A stretch of DNA of 64,000 bases from Candidatus Multivorans sp. (GTDB taxonomy: Bacteria > Acidobacteriota > Thermoanaerobaculia > Multivoradales > Multivoraceae), in NCBI GenBank assembly GCA_965247095.1, contig OZ251997.1:2464001-2528000 (forward strand), in the 5' to 3' direction. Of the stretch, positions 62,719-64,000 are shown one piece after another. A program made the translations under genes and the position numbers. The notes below the pieces were generated by a model, which worked only from the letters and a program-made list of their open reading frames with translations, was not told the origin of the DNA and searched no databases. The number at the start of each line of letters is the position of its first letter. Position 1 is the first letter of the stretch.

Positions 62719-63687
62719 TCAGAAGAGGTTTGCGCGGGGCGTGTACACCTCTTCAAGCCGCCGCTTCTCCGCGGCCGTGAGCTCGACCTCGAGAGCGGCC
62801 ACCGCCTCTTCGAGATGGCTCATCTTCGTGACGCCGACGATCGGCGACGCGACAACGGGATTGGCCAGCACCCAGGCCAACGCAACCTGGGCTCGCGAGA
62901 CCCCCTTTTCCCGCGCCACCTCTGCTACGCGCTCGACGATCGGTCGATCCTTCGCCTCGTCAAAGCGCCTCGCGGTCAGCGGATCGCTCTTCGACCGGTG
63001 CGTCGTCTCTTCCCAGTCACGGGTCAGCAGACCTCGGCCCAGGGGGCTCCACGGGATCGTCCCGATGCCCTGGTCGCCACAGAGAGGCAGCATCTCGCGC
63101 TCTTCTTCGCGCTGGAGCAGGCTGTACTGGTTCTGCATGCTGATGAACTTCGAGAAACCACGCATCTCGCTGGTGTAGAGCGCCTTGCTGAACTGCCACG
63201 CCCACATGGACGAAGCGCCGATGTAGCGGACCTTGCCCGCGGTCACCACGTCGTGGAGTGCTCCCAGCGTCTCTTCAATCGATGTCCGGTTGTCCCAGCG
63301 GTGGATCTGGTAGAGGTCGATGTAGTCCGTTCCCAGACGGCGCAGGGACACGTCGACCTCGGTCATGATCGCCTTGCGAGAGAGCCCGCGGGCGTTGCGT
63401 CCGCGCCGGATCGGGAAGTAGACCTTGGTTGCGATCACGACCTCGTCGCGGTTGGCCATGTCGCGCAAGGCCCGTCCTGTGATCTCCTCGCTCGAGCCGA
63501 GCGAGTAGGCGTTGGCCGTATCGAAGAAGTTGATGCCCAGGTCGAGCGCCCGCTCGATGATCGGACGACTGCCGGCTTCGTCGAGGCTCCAGTCGTGGGC
63601 CCCGGGCGACTTCTCGCCGAAGCTCATGCACCCGAGACAGATCCGGGAGACCTCGAGACCGGAACTGCCCAACTTCGTGTACTTCAT
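62719..63687 (-). CDS. Aldo/keto reductase
   Basis: LG.SGL.VS.ICLG.M, GINFFDTA..Y, IATK, SL.RLGTDYIDLYQIH, GKVRYIGAS, PWSPL. Confidence 0.95.
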   Translation of the reverse strand: MKYTKLGSSGLEVSRICLGCMSFGEKSPGAHDWSLDEAGSRPIIERALDLGINFFDTANAYSLGSSEEITGRALRDMANRDEVVIATKVYFPIRRGRNARGLSRKAIMTEVDVSLRRLGTDYIDLYQIHRWDNRTSIEETLGALHDVVTAGKVRYIGASSMWAWQFSKALYTSEMRGFSKFISMQNQYSLLQREEEREMLPLCGDQGIGTIPWSPLGRGLLTRDWEETTHRSKSDPLTARRFDEAKDRPIVERVAEVAREKGVSRAQVALAWVLANPVVASPIVGVTKMSHLEEAVAALEVELTAAEKRRLEEVYTPRANLF

Positions 63688-63713
63688 CGTGAATTCCCTC
63701 CCCGCAGCGGTGC

Positions 63714-64000
63714 CTACTCGTAGAAATCGGGAGACAGTCTGAGGGACTGCCGCTGCGGCATGTCGTGCTCGATCCAGAGAGCCGCGCCCGTCTCCTCGAG
63801 AACCCCCTCGATCCGTTCCATGCTCGCAAGCGTCTGCTCCGCGTCGTGATTGAAGACCGGCACGGCTCGCTTCTGCCGGCTGGCCTCGAAGTGGTAGAGG
63901 TCGCCCGAAAGAAGCACCATGCCGGTTCGCTCGAGGTCGAGGAGCAGAACCTGGTGGCCAGGGGTATGGCCGGGCGCCGAGAGCAACTGCACCTTGCCGT
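63714..64000 (-). CDS. N-acyl homoserine lactonase-like metallo-beta-lactamase (partial)
   Basis: PGHTPGHQ.L...L...G..LLSGD..H, WIEHD; 5' end outside window. Confidence 0.8.
   Translation of the reverse strand, partial: GKVQLLSAPGHTPGHQVLLLDLERTGMVLLSGDLYHFEASRQKRAVPVFNHDAEQTLASMERIEGVLEETGAALWIEHDMPQRQSLRLSPDFYE

Overview
GC-rich bacterial accessory region. The Oar-type TonB receptors, DUF1549/DUF1553 plus DUF1501 genes, sulfatases, Sel1 repeats and many TA modules suggest an Acidobacteriota-like, possibly host-associated organism; this is inference only. Intact metabolic genes include two TonB-dependent receptors, two sulfatases, a peptide ABC transporter, katG, an IorAB-like Mo enzyme, SDRs and an aldo/keto reductase. 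They are interleaved with about 8 intact-looking TA pairs, at least 6 TA remnants, a Vsr/C5-methyltransferase/nuclease locus with a coupled NDT/TIR-like gene, two more HEPN-type genes, an IS1380 with exact ends, and many 5'-only, 3'-only or internally deleted gene fragments. The main structural signals are: (i) diverged duplicates of gene 3' ends bracketing cargo (AKR, 153 bp, 8 kb apart; MFS, 59 bp, around an integrase remnant); (ii) a tandem diverged PPIase/PEP-mutase block with different TA cassettes in equivalent slots; (iii) an intact ExoIII homolog with most catalytic residues replaced; (iv) a 151-nt five-way-junction palindromic element sharing a REP hairpin with a 55-bp duplication that creates a mini-ORF inside the ABC operon. 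No rRNA, tRNA or CRISPR array was seen. All family assignments come from recognising motifs by eye; no searches were run.
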